Source of the DNA: an uncultured Gemmatimonadales bacterium
Lineage (GTDB): Bacteria; Gemmatimonadota; Gemmatimonadetes; Longimicrobiales; RSA9
Length of the DNA: 64,000 bases
Assembly (NCBI GenBank): GCA_963708135.1
Contig: OY970192.1
Span: forward strand, 3,904,001-3,968,000
Reading direction: 5' to 3'
The position numbers and the translations under genes are program-made. The notes under the pieces were generated by a model, which worked only from the letters and a program-made list of their open reading frames with translations, was not told where the DNA came from and ran no database searches. Of the stretch, positions 61,638-64,000 are shown in pieces; positions within the stretch are counted from its first letter, which is position 1; every line of letters begins with the position of its first letter.

Positions 61638-61819
61638 GTCCCGCTCCCCGTGGTGTCTTCCCGCTCGCTGCCCGCCCGGAAAGATAACGGCAGCGTGCGC
61701 GGACCGCCCACCCACCGCCCAAACATCCGCGCCCCCAACGTCTTGCCCCCTCGCCGGTGCGGCCCTAAGCTTCCGCCGCTACCCACCCGCCCTCAATCGA
61801 CAACCAAGGCATTCCGGCG

Positions 61820-63247
61820 ATGGAACAGCTCCAGCTCTGGCTCGGGAAGGCGAGCGGCCTCATCTGGGGCCTGCCGATGATCATCCTCCTCATCGGCACC
61901 GGCATCTATCTCACCATTCTGCTCCGCGGCATCCAGTTCCGACAGCTCAAGTACTCCCTCTGGCTCGCGCTCGTGAAGCGCAAGGAGGAGGGTGCCGAGG
62001 GCGACATCTCCCACTTCGCCGCGCTCATGACTGCCCTGGCCGCCACCGTCGGGGTCGGCAACATCGCCGGCGTCGCCACCGCCATCGCCGCGGGCGGGCC
62101 GGGTGCCCTCTTCTGGATGTGGATCACCGGCCTCTTCGGCATGGCCACCAAGTACTCCGAGGCCGTGCTGGGCGTCCGCTACCGCGAGGTCGATGCGCGC
62201 GGCAACATGGCCGGCGGCCCGATGTACTACCTGTCGCGTGGCGTGGGCGGCCGCCTCGGCCGCACGCTCGGCATCCTCTTCGCCCTCTTCGCCTCGATCG
62301 CCGCCTTCGGCATCGGCGACATGGTGCAGTCCAACTCCGTTGCCGATGCGCTCCGCTCCTCCTTCGGCATCCGACCGCTCTACACCGGCATCATCATCGC
62401 CGTCCTCGCCGGCCTCGTGATCCTCGGCGGCATCAAGAGCATCGGCCGCGTCACGGAGTTCTTCGTGCCGATGATGATCCTCTTCTACGTCCTCGGCGGC
62501 CTCATCGTCCTCGCCATCAACTGGCGCGGCCTCCCCGACATCGCCATCTACGTCTTCCGCAACGCCTTCACACCCACCGCGCCGCTCGGCGGCTTCCTCG
62601 GCGCCACCGTCCGCGACGGCATGCGATGGGGCTTTGCCCGCGGCATCTTCTCCAACGAATCCGGCCTCGGCACCGGCGGCATCGCCGCGGCCGCCGCCCA
62701 GACCAAACATCCGGCCAGTCAGGCCCTCGTCTCCATGACGCAGACGTTCATCGACACCATCGTCGTCTGCAGCATCACCGGCTTCGTCATCATCGCCACC
62801 CACAGCTGGACCATGCTCGACCCCGGCACCGGCACCGCGCTCACCGGCGCACCGCTCACCATGCGCGCCTTCAGCATTGGCCTGCCCGGGAACTGGGGCC
62901 ACTACATTGTCTCGCTCGGCCTCGCCTTCTTCGCCTTCTCGACCGTGCTCGGCTGGGCCTACTACGGCGAGCGCGCCATTGAATTCCTCCTCGGCGCCCG
63001 CGCCATACCGATCTACCGCATCGTCTACATTATCGCCGCCTTCCTCGGCTGCTATGCCCTCGAGCTCCAGCACACCGCCGGCTTCCAGGCGGTCTGGTCC
63101 TTCAGCGATGTCATGAACGGCGCCATGGCCATCCCCAACCTCATCGGGCTGCTGCTCCTCTCCGGCGTCGTCGCCCGCGAGACGCGCTCATTCCTTGCCG
63201 AGGGCAGGCTCGCCCACAAGCCCGAGCCTGCCCCGGCCGGAGACTGA
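61820..63247 (+). CDS. Alanine/glycine:cation symporter (AGCS)
   Basis: [52 protein letters not shown]. Confidence 0.95.
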   Translation: MEQLQLWLGKASGLIWGLPMIILLIGTGIYLTILLRGIQFRQLKYSLWLALVKRKEEGAEGDISHFAALMTALAATVGVGNIAGVATAIAAGGPGALFWMWITGLFGMATKYSEAVLGVRYREVDARGNMAGGPMYYLSRGVGGRLGRTLGILFALFASIAAFGIGDMVQSNSVADALRSSFGIRPLYTGIIIAVLAGLVILGGIKSIGRVTEFFVPMMILFYVLGGLIVLAINWRGLPDIAIYVFRNAFTPTAPLGGFLGATVRDGMRWGFARGIFSNESGLGTGGIAAAAAQTKHPASQALVSMTQTFIDTIVVCSITGFVIIATHSWTMLDPGTGTALTGAPLTMRAFSIGLPGNWGHYIVSLGLAFFAFSTVLGWAYYGERAIEFLLGARAIPIYRIVYIIAAFLGCYALELQHTAGFQAVWSFSDVMNGAMAIPNLIGLLLLSGVVARETRSFLAEGRLAHKPEPAPAGD

Positions 63248-63352
63248 GCCCGCTCCCGCCCGCTCGGGGCGGCCGGGCAGCCCCGGCCGCCTCCGATCAG
63301 CACGGATATTGCACTCCCGGCCGGCCTCACGAGCCGGCCAGGAGCAACAAGC

Positions 63353-63655
63353 GTGGCGCCCTACATCCTGAAGCTCTTCGTGACGGGCACGACCCCGCGC
63401 GCGGACGTCGCGATCGCGAACCTCCGTCGAATCTGCGACGAGGAGCTCAGCGGCCAATACGATCTCATCATCATTGATGTGCTGAAGGACCCCCAGGCGG
63501 CCGAGGACGAGAAGGTCCTCGCCACGCCCACGCTCATCAAGCAGCTCCCCCCGCCCCTGCGCCGCGTCATCGGTGACCTCTCCGACAAGGAAAAGGTCCT
63601 GCTCGGCCTGAACCTCCGTCCCACACGCCCCCGCACCGCGGAGCAGGGCCCATGA
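63353..63655 (+). CDS. kaiB: Circadian clock protein KaiB
   Basis: [11 protein letters not shown]...NLRRIC...[38 protein letters not shown]. Confidence 0.95.
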   Translation: MAPYILKLFVTGTTPRADVAIANLRRICDEELSGQYDLIIIDVLKDPQAAEDEKVLATPTLIKQLPPPLRRVIGDLSDKEKVLLGLNLRPTRPRTAEQGP

Positions 63656-64000
63656 CCGACCCGGCACAGGATGGAATCAGCGTCGAGAAGCTGCCGACCG
63701 GCATCTCCAGCTTCGACATGATCGCCGAGGGCGGGCTCCCGAAGCGCCGCACGACCCTCGTCTCGGGCACTGCCGGGAGCGGCAAGACGGTCTTCGCCAT
63801 GCAGTTCCTCGCCGCCGGCATCAACGCTGCCGGCGAGGCCGGCGTGTTCGTGACCTTCGAGGAGTCGCCCGACGACATCCGCAAGAACGTCCGCGGCTTC
63901 GGCTGGGACGTCCAGGCGTGGGAGGAGCGGGGCCTCTTCGCCTTCGTCGACGCCTCCCCCTCGCCCGAGACCGAGGTGATCCAGACCGGCGGCTACGATC
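63652..64000 (+). CDS. kaiC: Circadian clock protein KaiC (N-terminal part, truncated by window)
   Basis: Manual translation: [53 protein letters not shown]...[23 protein letters not shown] overlap with kaiB. Confidence 0.92.
   Translation, partial: MTDPAQDGISVEKLPTGISSFDMIAEGGLPKRRTTLVSGTAGSGKTVFAMQFLAAGINAAGEAGVFVTFEESPDDIRKNVRGFGWDVQAWEERGLFAFVDASPSPETEVIQTGGYD

Overview
Very GC-rich bacterial chromosomal window. Gene style (ECF sigma/Ser-Thr kinase pair, VPS10/BNR protein, CarboxypepD_reg-plug protein, degenerate DbpA-type helicase, DUF1207) suggests Gemmatimonadota, which is inference only. It is mostly housekeeping and accessory metabolism: serine/aminotransferase genes, peptidases, an aroF-chorismate mutase-pheA/tyrA operon, NAD-linked formate dehydrogenase, a csoR-copA-copZ copper locus, TopIB/cardiolipin synthase, a POT transporter, cNMP-fused aspartase, HU, an AGCS symporter and kaiB-kaiC at the right edge. 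The strongest candidate for an undescribed system is at 47.7-54.2 kb: a sensor-less sigma-54 activator, a -24/-12 promoter, three tandem double-glycine precursors with acidic cores, a CPBP/Abi protease, HlyD and a C39 peptidase ABC exporter, with no modifying enzyme. Other highlights are a Phe/Tyr leader-peptide attenuator before aroF, a four-helix-bundle gene and a GxxExxY remnant each bracketed by inverted repeats, a split FDH alpha subunit, a 29-aa membrane microprotein coupled to copA, and many GG-N10-GC sigma-54-like motifs. No rRNA, tRNA, CRISPR array or transposase was recognised. Product calls come from motif recognition by eye; no database searches were run.
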